This document shows, piece after piece, positions 48,672 to 57,512 of a stretch of DNA of 60,343 nucleotides. This stretch comes from a virus (lineage: Duplodnaviria > Caudoviricetes): the IMG/VR virus record IMGVR_UViG_3300044898_000090, positions 1-60,343 of that record. The stretch is one strand, 5' to 3'. Under the pieces are notes generated by a model. That model did no database searches. It saw only the letters and a list, made by a program, of their open reading frames with translations, and was not told the origin of the DNA. Each line of letters starts with the position of its first letter. Within the stretch, counting starts at the first letter, position 1. Position numbers and translations under genes: made by a program.

Positions 48672-48785
48672 GCCGTTTTGACCACGGGGAGAGAAACATT
48701 TGTTCAGCGCGGGTCACCTGGAGGCCATCTAGACTTTTCGACCCGGCGCGGTAGCCCTAGACGAGCGAGTCAGCGGCTCAGAGCT
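48672..48785. other. Possible cos/packaging-initiation region
   Basis: Non-coding gap next to HNH-TerS; positional inference only. Confidence 0.3.
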
Positions 48786-49139
48786 ACGCGGCAACGGGTG
48801 GTAGAGCGCGTCCGATCCGAGGGGTGGGAGGATCTACTGGCGTGACGCGTGTTCCGCGACGACGCGCTCGTGTGCAGTGACAGCCTGCGCTCGTCCGTTG
48901 GTCCAGTTGTGAACGATGATCCGTTCTAGTGCGATCGGCCGGCTTCTCGCGCCGGTCGAGCAGCATCGCCATGATGCCGCCAGCCAACCCTGCGAGAACG
49001 CAGTGGATTAGCCTGGGCATCACAGCCTCCTACGATTGAGCCGCAGCCCCTGCAGTGGTGGGCTGCGGCAAGGCTGGGAGATCGACTCGTCTTGAGAGTC
49101 ATGCTCTGCGACGGAGAGCGCCAGCCAAGATGGTCTCCT

Positions 49140-49275
49140 ACGGGTCGCCCGGACTTCCGATGGTCACCGGGGCTGCGGGCCTGCCGGGTCCCGTGCTGCC
49201 TGTACATCCCGGCGGTTATGGATTGGCTTCGATCCCGCGTGCTGCTTGTTGATCGACTGCTACACCACGACCCGT
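49140..49275 (-). ncRNA. Candidate tRNA-like multi-arm structured RNA
   Basis: 8-bp terminal stem enclosing four hairpins; tRNA-like 5' end GGGTCGTGGTGTAG. Confidence 0.4.
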
Positions 49276-49288
49276 CGAAGTTCTGAGT

Positions 49289-49555
49289 TCACGCCGCCCG
49301 AAGCTCAATGCGTTTGCCGCACTGGAAGCAGTCACCGTCGTCGCCGTCGATCGGGACGTCGCACCGGCAGGGCGAGGCCTTCTTCGCGATGACCCCTGAC
49401 GATCGGCGCGCGTGTGGCGAGCAGTTGCCGCAGAGGCAGCCGTTGGCGAAGCCGTGGCATATGGGCGTTGGGCTGTCGACTACTCGCAGCTTGCCGTCGT
49501 GGGCCACGATGCAGCCGCGTCTGCCGTATGCCGGCAGAAGGATCTTCACGGTCAT
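49289..49555 (-). CDS. Cys-rich zinc-binding protein
   Basis: CLCGNC..CRC..CFQCG. Confidence 0.55.
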   Translation of the reverse strand: MTVKILLPAYGRRGCIVAHDGKLRVVDSPTPICHGFANGCLCGNCSPHARRSSGVIAKKASPCRCDVPIDGDDGDCFQCGKRIELRAA

Positions 49556-50106
49556 ATGTCGCCCCGTTCCCGCCGCTGTCGCGTATAGGCGCGCATTGCA
49601 CCTCGGCATTTGTCACAGCGACATAGCCAGGTGGTGTAGCCGTTGAGCGTCCCGTGCTTGATCGGGGCTCGGTGCAACGCTGCATGGTGCTTGCGACACA
49701 ACCAGCGCACGTCTAACGGCTTCGCGTAGTCGTCATGATGCGCTTCGATGTTCGCCTTAGTGCCGCAGACCTCACAAGGCTGCCGAACCAGTGTGCCTGC
49801 ACGTAGGGCGTCTCTGACCTGCATCCGTGCACCGTGCTTCACCGGATCGAACGTCGGGATCGGTCCCTGAGCGAGCCGCTGCGCGCGAATCCCGTTGCGA
49901 ATCTCGTCGCGTAGTCCTCGCGTCCGGATCTGCTTGTGAAGCGACGTTTCAGGCACTCCGAGCTGGCGTGCATAGCCGCGAATGTGGCCGGCGGCTATAC
50001 AGCCCCCAACGATCTCCGCGTCGCTCGGATACGTCGCGCCAGATGCCCGAGTGGACAACTCGCTCGACCGTATCGGTAGGTTGCACCCCACGTCGGACGG
50101 AATCAT
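49552..50106 (-). CDS. HNH-like zinc protein with HTH and HGT..CRC finger
   Basis: PCEVCG..EAHHDDY.KPLDV.WLC..HH; HGT..GY..CRCDKC. Confidence 0.7.
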   Translation of the reverse strand: MIPSDVGCNLPIRSSELSTRASGATYPSDAEIVGGCIAAGHIRGYARQLGVPETSLHKQIRTRGLRDEIRNGIRAQRLAQGPIPTFDPVKHGARMQVRDALRAGTLVRQPCEVCGTKANIEAHHDDYAKPLDVRWLCRKHHAALHRAPIKHGTLNGYTTWLCRCDKCRGAMRAYTRQRRERGDI

Positions 50107-50558
50107 GCTGCGTCCCGGTATTCGGCTCGGATCTTGCGGACGTACTGGCCGCTCACGCCGTACTTGTCGGCGATCTTGGACGACGATAGATCGCTTTCAG
50201 CGACCCACCGCTTCCACTGGGGTGTGCCGTACTCGGGTTCGCCTGTGAGCGCTGGCTGACGCTTCCAGGCGGTGAGTGCGTCCTTTGCCTCCCCAAGGAT
50301 CAGCGTGCGACTCTCGTCGCTTCGTGCGCGGGCGAGCCGCCGGCGGAAGTGATCAACGGACTTCTGTGGATGGTGCCGCTCGTGGTTGTCGGGCAGGTCG
50401 TCGCGGCGGTCGATGCCACCCGGCGGACGGCGTCCGCCGATGTCCTCACCGTGATCGCCGCCGGATGACTCCAGGTTGACCGCGCTCACGTGGCTGACCA
50501 GTTCGAGTTCGGCCAGGACCTGCCGCAGCTGCTGCTCGACGCTCACCAGACGGGTCAT
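50103..50558 (-). CDS. Putative late transcription regulator (C-terminal HTH)
   Basis: SSSKIADKYGVSGQYVRKIR; near the end of the early operon. Confidence 0.55.
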   Translation of the reverse strand: MTRLVSVEQQLRQVLAELELVSHVSAVNLESSGGDHGEDIGGRRPPGGIDRRDDLPDNHERHHPQKSVDHFRRRLARARSDESRTLILGEAKDALTAWKRQPALTGEPEYGTPQWKRWVAESDLSSSKIADKYGVSGQYVRKIRAEYRDAA

Positions 50559-50746
50559 CGCACTCTCCTCAGTCCATTGCGGCTTACGACGGACCGAGAC
50601 CCGTCCTCAAACTCGATAAGGGCGCTGTTCATGGATCCACGCGCGAGCACCCTGCACCGCTGGCCTTTGCGGTCGAGCTGCGTCATCCACGGCTTGTCGG
50701 GGTGCGGTCCCCAGTGCCAGATGTAGGGGAAAGCCTCACCGGCCAT
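50555..50746 (-). CDS. Small SH3-like protein
   Basis: RKGQRCRVLARG.MNSALIEFEDG. Confidence 0.65.
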   Translation of the reverse strand: MAGEAFPYIWHWGPHPDKPWMTQLDRKGQRCRVLARGSMNSALIEFEDGSRSVVSRNGLRRVR

Positions 50747-50867
50747 CGCTCACCCCCAAGACAATCCCAGCGACGATCGTCCCGACGATCAGGACGCACA
50801 CGGCGATAAAGACCCAGCCCTCGACCGGACCCATGCCATCCATCGGACCACGCCGCCTCTCACCCAT
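50736..50867 (-). CDS. Small TM peptide (43 aa)
   Basis: ATG inside a junction repeat; hydrophobic core. Confidence 0.45.
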   Translation of the reverse strand: MGERRRGPMDGMGPVEGWVFIAVCVLIVGTIVAGIVLGVSDGR

Positions 50868-51057
50868 CGCTGTCCTCCCCGAACACATGGAGGTCGTCCA
50901 TTTCCATTACGCGCTTCTCGTCGATGAGGTAGACGTATCCGAGCGGAGCAAGGCGGCTCTCGCGAATCTCATCTACCTCATCGGGAATCGTCAGGGCCGC
51001 TTCCGCCCGCCGACGACTCGCCGGGTGAACTAGCGCGATCAGGCGATCCTCACCCAT
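50860..51057 (-). CDS. Hypothetical micro-gene
   Basis: Bounded by junction repeats. Confidence 0.55.
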   Translation of the reverse strand: MGEDRLIALVHPASRRRAEAALTIPDEVDEIRESRLAPLGYVYLIDEKRVMEMDDLHVFGEDSDG

Positions 51058-51388
51058 CGCTGTTCTCCCCGAACCCCTCGGGCAGAAGTCCTTGGATCGC
51101 GTGCTTCCAGTCGCCAACCTCAGAAGCAGCAACGAGGGAACGAAGATGCGCGTAGACACTTTGTAGCTCACCCTCGGGGTCGGGCGCCGGCTCAGCGTCA
51201 AAGAGCGCTACGCGCTCGGCGAGGCCATCCATGCCCTTCTCTCGCAGCCGCGCAATCAGGCGATCCCGCGAACCGTCAGGATCACGCGCACGTTCCACTT
51301 CCCAGCGCGCCACCATGTCCATGCTGCCCGTGAGTACGCAGCCGCAGACCGGGCACGGTGCCTTCATCTTCTTGAGTCGCTCGCTCAT
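51050..51388 (-). CDS. Hypothetical CxxC protein
   Basis: CPVCG; bounded by junction repeats. Confidence 0.6.
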   Translation of the reverse strand: MSERLKKMKAPCPVCGCVLTGSMDMVARWEVERARDPDGSRDRLIARLREKGMDGLAERVALFDAEPAPDPEGELQSVYAHLRSLVAASEVGDWKHAIQGLLPEGFGENSDG

Positions 51389-51618
51389 CGCTCGCTGTGC
51401 TCCCTCGGGGGAACGGACGGGTCAAAGAAGCTCGTTGAGTGGTCGATCTGCCCGGACAGGCCACAAACGGTGCAACGGCCCCGGTAACGCGCTGTCACCT
51501 CGCCGGTCTCAGCGCCGTAGAACTCGTAGTCCTCGCGGAAGGTGCGCTCGGCCTCGCTGGCGTAGATGCCCGCACGCTCGCGGCACCGGGGGCAGATCAC
51601 CCAATTGTCGGCGCTCAT
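51385..51618 (-). CDS. Zinc-ribbon protein
   Basis: MSADNW.ICPRC..FREDYE..CTVCG. Confidence 0.7.
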   Translation of the reverse strand: MSADNWVICPRCRERAGIYASEAERTFREDYEFYGAETGEVTARYRGRCTVCGLSGQIDHSTSFFDPSVPPREHSER

Positions 51619-51986
51619 GCGTCCTCCCTCGGGGAGACGACGCAGCGGATGGCCGACAGGACCTCCGCCCGTTCGTCGGCCACATCATCCGGTCGAGTGC
51701 TGGCAGCGAGAATGAAGTCCTCTGCCGCCGTCAGCGCCTGCCGTGCGGCGTCAAGGGCGAACGCCACACCCGCGTCGAAACCGTGGCAATGAGCATCGCG
51801 CTTGTCGGGCGGCGATTCGGGGTGCCAGTCCGTCCACGCCTCATACTCGGCATCCTGCGCGCTCGTGTCAATCATGGCTCGGCTCCCTTGAATCCAACCT
51901 TGACAAAACGCTGCTCGCTCACTCGCCTGCTCTGGTTCCGGCAACGGATAAGCCCTTCTCATCGCCTTGCTCATTCGCTTACTCAT
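51615..51986 (-). CDS. Hypothetical protein
   Basis: Bounded by junction repeats. Confidence 0.6.
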   Translation of the reverse strand: MSKRMSKAMRRAYPLPEPEQASERAAFCQGWIQGSRAMIDTSAQDAEYEAWTDWHPESPPDKRDAHCHGFDAGVAFALDAARQALTAAEDFILAASTRPDDVADERAEVLSAIRCVVSPREDA

Positions 51987-52227
51987 CGCTGTCCTCCCTC
52001 GGGGAGACGACAACATCTTCAAGATCGCGAACGTAGGCGATACCGCGAGGCGGCGAGCCACCGTGGGGGTTACGCGGCCCACTCTCGTACTGGATCGTCA
52101 CGGTGTGCCTGCTCCGTCCGGTTCCTACTCCCACAATGCGCCCAAGACCAGCGAAGGGATGGCGCACGCGCTGCCCGATGTAGGGAATAACGTCACCTTC
52201 GATGTAGTGGTCATCGCGACCCGTCAC
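51979..52227 (-). CDS. Small SH3-like protein
   Basis: IGQRVRHPFAGLGRIVGV. Confidence 0.6.
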   Translation of the reverse strand: MTGRDDHYIEGDVIPYIGQRVRHPFAGLGRIVGVGTGRSRHTVTIQYESGPRNPHGGSPPRGIAYVRDLEDVVVSPREDSDE

Positions 52228-52451
52228 GCGTCCTCCCTCGGGGAGAGAGCGGCACGGGCCTTCTCTCCGTTGTCGGATTGGAAGGCTGGCTCCACCGTCG
52301 GCATCTCATCCCACGTCCGGCCGTCCAGCTCACGGCCGCCAGCCTTCGGGGTCGCGCCGCCGACCTGCTTGAAGAAGAAGCCGGTCCGGCCTGCTAGGAG
52401 CGTGTCGTGGCCGATGATCGGCTGGTAGTTCCCGCAGATGCGACAGATCAT
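52224..52451 (-). pseudogene. C-terminal fragment of a DUF5131 (phage Gp37/Gp68) protein
   Basis: FFFKQVGG..GGRELDGRTWDEMP in a 75-aa ORF. Confidence 0.65.
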
Positions 52452-53407
52452 GAGGCCGGCTTTCGGTTAGCCTGGCGGAGGCCATAGTCACGGAGCGCAA
52501 AGAGATTTTCCCACGCGACCTTATGAGCCGGATGACTGGGGTTAGAGCCGACCAGGGCTTGGAGCTGCTGCCCTTGCTTGAAGTTCAGCGAGAGGAACTC
52601 GTCCCACTTGCCACCTGTCTGTTTGGGTTTGTCCCAGCGGCGGCGTCCCATCGTCATCTTGCTCGGGGCCGAGGGGAGCGTGAGCGGATCGATCCCAAGA
52701 CACACGGCGAGCTTCTTGGCGCTCCACCAATTTAGGCGCGATTTGTGGGCAAGGTCGTTCACTTGAATGCCGGCCTTCACAGCTAACGCCCTGACCGAAG
52801 GCCGCGTGTGGCTAGGCATGCAGATCGCCGGCTCGCCCTTCACACGCCCTTCCCTGCCATCCTTTGAGATGGGCGTGCGCTGTCCACACCCGCACTGGCA
52901 GAAGCCCTGTGGCGCCTTGGCATCCAGAAATCGCTTGATCTCTCGCTGAAATGCGGAGAGCGGCACGTACGCGAGCCCTTGGCGGGCGACTTCGCGGGCC
53001 AGTGCCTTGTCTGTGATGTCGTCGGCGCATTCAAGTGTGTCGAGGATCTCGTGCAGTTTGCCTCTGTCCGCGAGTATCGCCGCCCTACGAAAACGAGTGG
53101 CCCGAGCTGGACGCGGCTCGCCCCCCTCGACCCACGCCGTGCCGGCACGCAGTTCGATCTCCCCCATCCCGGCCTCGCATTCGATCCTTAACCGCGCGAG
53201 TTCATTCGCCGTCTCCGTGAGTTTCCGATGCTGGGCCTCTTTCTGCGCCCACCAGAGTCTCAACCGGAGATCGTCGAGTCCCTGTGTGTCACCGGTCTCA
53301 ATGAGCGCGGGTAGCCTTGCGCGCTGAGCCTCCACAAGGTGGGCGCCGGCGCCGGGTGCCACTATCTCTGTGCTGGCGCCGCTCAACGGCTTCTCAGGGT
53401 GCGTCAT
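52448..53407 (-). CDS. Hypothetical protein with CxCGCG motif
   Basis: GFCQCGCGQRTP; AAGGAG RBS. Confidence 0.65.
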   Translation of the reverse strand: MTHPEKPLSGASTEIVAPGAGAHLVEAQRARLPALIETGDTQGLDDLRLRLWWAQKEAQHRKLTETANELARLRIECEAGMGEIELRAGTAWVEGGEPRPARATRFRRAAILADRGKLHEILDTLECADDITDKALAREVARQGLAYVPLSAFQREIKRFLDAKAPQGFCQCGCGQRTPISKDGREGRVKGEPAICMPSHTRPSVRALAVKAGIQVNDLAHKSRLNWWSAKKLAVCLGIDPLTLPSAPSKMTMGRRRWDKPKQTGGKWDEFLSLNFKQGQQLQALVGSNPSHPAHKVAWENLFALRDYGLRQANRKPAS

Positions 53408-53700
53408 GCGTCTCCTTTGCGTTGTGGTGGTCTACGGCGGCCAATCGGCAACAGGTCCACCTTGCTCTCGGCCGGTGGTTGCCAGGCGGCGGGAGCGATC
53501 ACGGGGTCGAACCGCAGTCGCCTCCCGATACGGATGGCCCCTAGCTCGGCGGCGTGCCGATAGACCGTCTTCACATCTACGCCCAATGTGTCGGCGAGCT
53601 GTGCCGCCGTTAGCAACTCGCCTGCTCGCGACTCGTGCTTCCGCAGGTGATGCGCGATGCGCTCCGCGAGAAGCTCAAGCTGATCCGGGTCGAGTCTCAT
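53404..53700 (-). CDS. HTH_17/excisionase-like DNA-binding protein
   Basis: LLTAAQLADTLGVDVKTVYRHA..IGRRLRF. Confidence 0.75.
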   Translation of the reverse strand: MRLDPDQLELLAERIAHHLRKHESRAGELLTAAQLADTLGVDVKTVYRHAAELGAIRIGRRLRFDPVIAPAAWQPPAESKVDLLPIGRRRPPQRKGDA

Positions 53701-54044
53701 GCCGCGTGCTCCCGTTGCTCGAGGATGTCGCGCTGCCTGTCTGACAGCGCCGTCTTCAATGCTCTGGTGGCGGCGAGCTCGTCGAGCCCGGTCTCGGCCA
53801 TCAACGCCTTGCGTGCCCGGTAGAACGACACCTGCAGTCCAGACGGCTTCACCGTTCGTGCTTTGTTCGCCCTACGCGCGTCGTACAGGCTCTTGCCGGG
53901 GTTAGAGCGAGTCCAGCGCACGGCGTGCGCCCTCGACACCCAGATCGCGTCCCTGCGCATACCGTCCAACGACTGGCCACAGCCACACGCGCACACCCTC
54001 GGAGACTGCACCCGACCATCCAAGTGAAGCTGCGCCGGCGTCAT
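53697..54044 (-). CDS. Hypothetical CxCGCG protein
   Basis: CACGCG. Confidence 0.6.
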   Translation of the reverse strand: MTPAQLHLDGRVQSPRVCACGCGQSLDGMRRDAIWVSRAHAVRWTRSNPGKSLYDARRANKARTVKPSGLQVSFYRARKALMAETGLDELAATRALKTALSDRQRDILEQREHAA

Positions 54045-54241
54045 GCTCTACCCCGCTCACCGAGGGACACCACGAGCTCGGCCGACAGCAGACCGCCGCG
54101 TTCCATCTCAGCCAGCACCGTCAGCAGACGGTCGCTCTGCGCCAGCGGGTGCCCACGCTTCCCGAGCTGGTAGCGCAGCTCGCCTTCTGTCACTCGAACC
54201 GAGGACCGCAGACAGTCGAGGATCACCTGGTCGCCGATCAC
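54041..54241 (-). CDS. Hypothetical small protein
   Basis: 66 aa, coupled. Confidence 0.55.
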   Translation of the reverse strand: MIGDQVILDCLRSSVRVTEGELRYQLGKRGHPLAQSDRLLTVLAEMERGGLLSAELVVSLGERGRA

Positions 54242-54588
54242 GCCAGCAGCCGATCAAGCCTCGGGTCATGCTGTGGCCGCAGCTCAGGGACACGCCTCAG
54301 CACCGTCTCGATCTCCGGCCAGTCAGACGGCCGCCACAGCCACACTTCCGGGGTCGCCAAGCCGAGAGCGTCAAGCCACTCGCGCTGCGCCTTCGACTCG
54401 CGGCCTTTCTCTGTCTTCAGCTCAGCGAACAGCAAGCGGAGCCCACGCACCATGCACAGGTCCGGGAAGCCCGCGACGCTGTGCCGGCTGTCGAACGTGT
54501 GGTAGACCCGCCAGCCCTGCAGCAGCGCGTACTCAACGACTGCGGCCTGGAACTGCTTCTCCGTCTGCTGTAGCGCGGCGGTCGTCAC
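54238..54588 (-). CDS. VRR-NUC domain nuclease
   Basis: EKQFQ..GFPDL..FAELK..Q..W..WRPSD. Confidence 0.88.
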   Translation of the reverse strand: MTTAALQQTEKQFQAAVVEYALLQGWRVYHTFDSRHSVAGFPDLCMVRGLRLLFAELKTEKGRESKAQREWLDALGLATPEVWLWRPSDWPEIETVLRRVPELRPQHDPRLDRLLA

Positions 54589-56417
54589 GCGCTCGCCTCA
54601 TCCAGGATCGGCAGCAGGCGCTCGACGAGCGCCGTCATCACCGGGGGAGTCACGGCGTTTCCGTACTGCGCCATGCGCTCGCGCTTGTTGCCGAGCACCA
54701 CGTACTCGTTGCCGTCGACGTGGTCGTCCATCGCCATCGCCGCGGCGATCTCGTGCAAGGCGAACATCCGGAAGCCGCACGCGTCGATGTCCTCGTCGGT
54801 GTAGATCACCGCTGCGCGGTCGCGGGTCGTGAGCGTCATCGACGGCTCCTGGTCGGCGAGCACCGGGGCGCCTGTGCGGTCGTAGGGGACGAGGACCGCC
54901 TGCTTCGCGCGTTTCGTCAGCGCCGTAACGGGCTCCTGGTCGGCGTCGCGCGCCAGGTTGCCGTCCTGGAAGGGCACGAGGATCGACTGGTGGCCCGCAG
55001 TCGCGAGCGTGCGGATCGGCTCGTGGTCGGGCGTGCACATCTGGCCGTTCTGGCCATCGTTGTTGCGCATGACCACAACGCCGTGGTGTTTGCCAGCCGC
55101 CCTCACCGTCCCGATAGGTGAGCTGTCCGGGTCGCGGAGCTCGCCGTGGCGCTGCATCTCGACGACGCCGAGCGTCTCCCCCGTGCAGACGGTTTGCACC
55201 GGGTGCTGGTCGGCCGAGCGCGGGACGCCATGCATCCGATTGCCCATGACGAGCGCGCTGCGCGTCGTGGTGGTCTGCGTCGGCAACGGGTGCATCTGCG
55301 CATCGCGGCCAGCGACATCGCCCATCGGCGGCACGACGAGTGCCTGCTCGGGCGTGCCGTGGATGGTGGCGAGTGGCGTCGTGCTGGCGTCCCTCGCTCG
55401 GTTGCCGGGCTTCCGCTCGAAGGTGTTGCCGGCGACCGGGGTCACCATCGCCATGTCGTGCCGCTGCGTGAGCGTGACGATCGGGAGCGTCAGCGGCTTG
55501 GGCGAGCCGCCCTGCAGCAGCCGGATCGCGAACGGCTCCGACGCCAAGCGCTCGAGCCCGCGGCGGATGCGCTCCCGCGTGTTCTTCGCCAGCGGCTTGT
55601 CCCGGTCGCCGATCAGCGGCGCCGGCAGGCTACGGTCGATGATCGAGATGGCGGGCAGCACCCCCGGCAGGACTGTCCCGCCGCACGTGGGGCAGCCGTA
55701 GAAGTACTGGACGCCATAGCGGCCCCACGGCGAGCGGTCCATCCGCTTCCACGTCTGGCGCCCGTCGACCAAGGTCGAGCACTTCGGGCACCACGAGCGC
55801 GGCTCGAAGCGGAGATCCGGCCGGCGCAGGCCCTTCAGCCAGTAGACGACGTACATGCGGTCCCGCGACTGCGGCGTCGGCGGGCAGAACATGGAGTTGA
55901 GGTAGACGATCTCGCTCTCGTAGCCGATCGCGCAGACCGCCTGGCGCCACGCCGCGAACAGGCCCCCGTCATCCCCAGCGCCCCACTTGAACGCGTCGAC
56001 GACGTTCTCCACAACGATCGCCTTGTAGGGCTTGCCCTTCAGCCACTTCTGCTCCGTAAAGCGGACGACGTCCCACATCGTGGCGCGGGAGCGTTCCTGC
56101 TCCTCGCTCCCCGCCGGGCCGTCCTCGAACAGCGACGCCGCCTGCGGTTTGATCCGCCGGGCGCCCTTCGCCAGGCTGTGGTTCGTGCACTCAGGAGAGG
56201 CGAGCAGGATGTCCGAGTCCGGGTAGCGGCGGATCTGCGCCGTCGTCAACGACGCCACGTCCTCGCAGTCATGGTCGGCGTGCTGAAAGTTCGTCGCGTG
56301 CGTCTCGATCGCGCGCTGCCAGTGGTTGAGCGCCAGACGCAGCTCGCCGCCCGCGATCTCGAAGCCGAGGCTCGAGCCGCCCGCGCCGCAGAAGAGATCC
56401 GTCGCGGTGACGCTCAT
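54585..56417 (-). CDS. C5 cytosine DNA methyltransferase
   Basis: DLFCGAGG, SPEC, ENV, QSRDR, YGNAV. Confidence 0.93.
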   Translation of the reverse strand: MSVTATDLFCGAGGSSLGFEIAGGELRLALNHWQRAIETHATNFQHADHDCEDVASLTTAQIRRYPDSDILLASPECTNHSLAKGARRIKPQAASLFEDGPAGSEEQERSRATMWDVVRFTEQKWLKGKPYKAIVVENVVDAFKWGAGDDGGLFAAWRQAVCAIGYESEIVYLNSMFCPPTPQSRDRMYVVYWLKGLRRPDLRFEPRSWCPKCSTLVDGRQTWKRMDRSPWGRYGVQYFYGCPTCGGTVLPGVLPAISIIDRSLPAPLIGDRDKPLAKNTRERIRRGLERLASEPFAIRLLQGGSPKPLTLPIVTLTQRHDMAMVTPVAGNTFERKPGNRARDASTTPLATIHGTPEQALVVPPMGDVAGRDAQMHPLPTQTTTTRSALVMGNRMHGVPRSADQHPVQTVCTGETLGVVEMQRHGELRDPDSSPIGTVRAAGKHHGVVVMRNNDGQNGQMCTPDHEPIRTLATAGHQSILVPFQDGNLARDADQEPVTALTKRAKQAVLVPYDRTGAPVLADQEPSMTLTTRDRAAVIYTDEDIDACGFRMFALHEIAAAMAMDDHVDGNEYVVLGNKRERMAQYGNAVTPPVMTALVERLLPILDEASA

Positions 56418-56983
56418 GCGGCCTCCCATAGGGAGGCCTGGTACTCAAGCGACCGCGAGCGCACGCCGAACGTCATGCCGAGACCCGACTGGGCGAGCGC
56501 CTCCGCGCAGCCCGGTCCGAACGCCACGAGCGCGGAGGGTGCGCCGGAGTTGTACGGCGCGGGCCGCTTGGCGGCGGTCACGAACGTCAGGCGACCGGCG
56601 ATGAAGCAGACCGCGTGCGATGCGATGACCGTCTGCTGCCACCACTCGGTCTCCGTGCGCGCGAACACCAGGGCGACGCCATCGCCATGCGCCGCCAGCT
56701 TGCGCATCCATCGCTCCGTGTTCGGCCCGTACGGCGGATTCAGCCACACCCGGCCGTCCCACGGCTTGCCGAGTCCATCGTCCTCGATCGAGAAGAACCG
56801 TCGGGCTGGAACCCAGTCAAGGCCGCCAGCAGGCGAGCATGGGTCGAGGTCGAATGTTAGCCCGAGCGCCTCGAAGATACCCGGCGGCGTGTACCACTCG
56901 ACCGAGTCGCCGTCATAGCCCCGGGAGTGGCCGCCCATGCCGCGCCCACGCTGGCCTCGCACCGATACGGATGTCCGGCTCAC
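56414..56983 (-). CDS. Phage N6-adenine DNA methyltransferase
   Basis: EWYTP, LDPC, DGL, WLNPPY, ART, GRL.F. Confidence 0.88.
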   Translation of the reverse strand: MSRTSVSVRGQRGRGMGGHSRGYDGDSVEWYTPPGIFEALGLTFDLDPCSPAGGLDWVPARRFFSIEDDGLGKPWDGRVWLNPPYGPNTERWMRKLAAHGDGVALVFARTETEWWQQTVIASHAVCFIAGRLTFVTAAKRPAPYNSGAPSALVAFGPGCAEALAQSGLGMTFGVRSRSLEYQASLWEAA

Positions 56984-57339
56984 GCGAGCACCGCCTGCCG
57001 CCGCTGCCGTTCAGCGATCCGCTCCCCAGCCAGCCCGGTCATCCGCGCGCCGAGCGCCGTCCAGTCGATCTCAGACAGCCCGCGCGGTCCGACGTCGCGG
57101 AGCAGCTGCATGCCAATCCACTCCTGCGCTTTGTGGTGCGAGTGGACACCTGGGATCTTCGGCGTTGGCTCGCGACCCTCGAAGCCGGCCACGAGGGCGG
57201 CGGCCATCGCTTCGCGCACTTGACGGCGGAGATACGCACCGGCTTCCTCGTCGCTGTGGAGAGCCCGGAGCGTGTGTGCCATGAGGACCCACGGCGTTTC
57301 GTGCGCGGTGAGATGCCGCTCGATTGTGCGCTCGATCAC
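56980..57339 (-). CDS. Hypothetical protein
   Basis: 119 aa, coupled. Confidence 0.6.
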   Translation of the reverse strand: MIERTIERHLTAHETPWVLMAHTLRALHSDEEAGAYLRRQVREAMAAALVAGFEGREPTPKIPGVHSHHKAQEWIGMQLLRDVGPRGLSEIDWTALGARMTGLAGERIAERQRRQAVLA

Positions 57340-57512
57340 GCCGCACCCGCCCTGACCAGCGCGCTAAAGAGCAGCACGAAGAACAGGCCGACGACGACCC
57401 GCCGGAGCCATCGGGGCGAGCCGCCCTGCGTATAGCCTCCGGTGGCCCATATCGCCGCGACCCAGGGGCCAAGCGCAACCGCGCATAGCGCGAAGACGAT
57501 GGCGCGGTTCAC
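57336..57512 (-). CDS. Small membrane protein (58 aa)
   Basis: GTGA-coupled; two hydrophobic stretches. Confidence 0.5.
   Translation of the reverse strand: MNRAIVFALCAVALGPWVAAIWATGGYTQGGSPRWLRRVVVGLFFVLLFSALVRAGAA

Larger units (their letters stand above)
50860..52250 (-). repeat. Six gene-junction repeats, consensus TCTCCCCGAGGGAGGAC(A)GC(G)ATG
   Basis: Copies at ~50861, 51051, 51385, 51615, 51983, 52224. Confidence 0.85.

Noticed and set aside
48784-49023. 79-aa ORF with AGGAGG RBS and hydrophobic N-terminus
   Set aside because: Could be real, but the remainder is low-information and no family was recognised; not supportable.
49140-49275. Canonical tRNA gene
   Set aside because: No TTCRA loop or proper anticodon arm; kept only as an ncRNA candidate.
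50860-52250. Junction repeats as CRISPR repeats or integron attC sites
   Set aside because: The intervening segments are whole ORFs of roughly 190-370 bp; no RYYYAAC/GTTRRRY boxes or long palindromes.
55146-56918. Long plus-strand ORFs (590 aa here; also 12121..13434 and 22691..23953)
   Set aside because: Antisense shadows typical of high-GC DNA, opposite well-supported genes.
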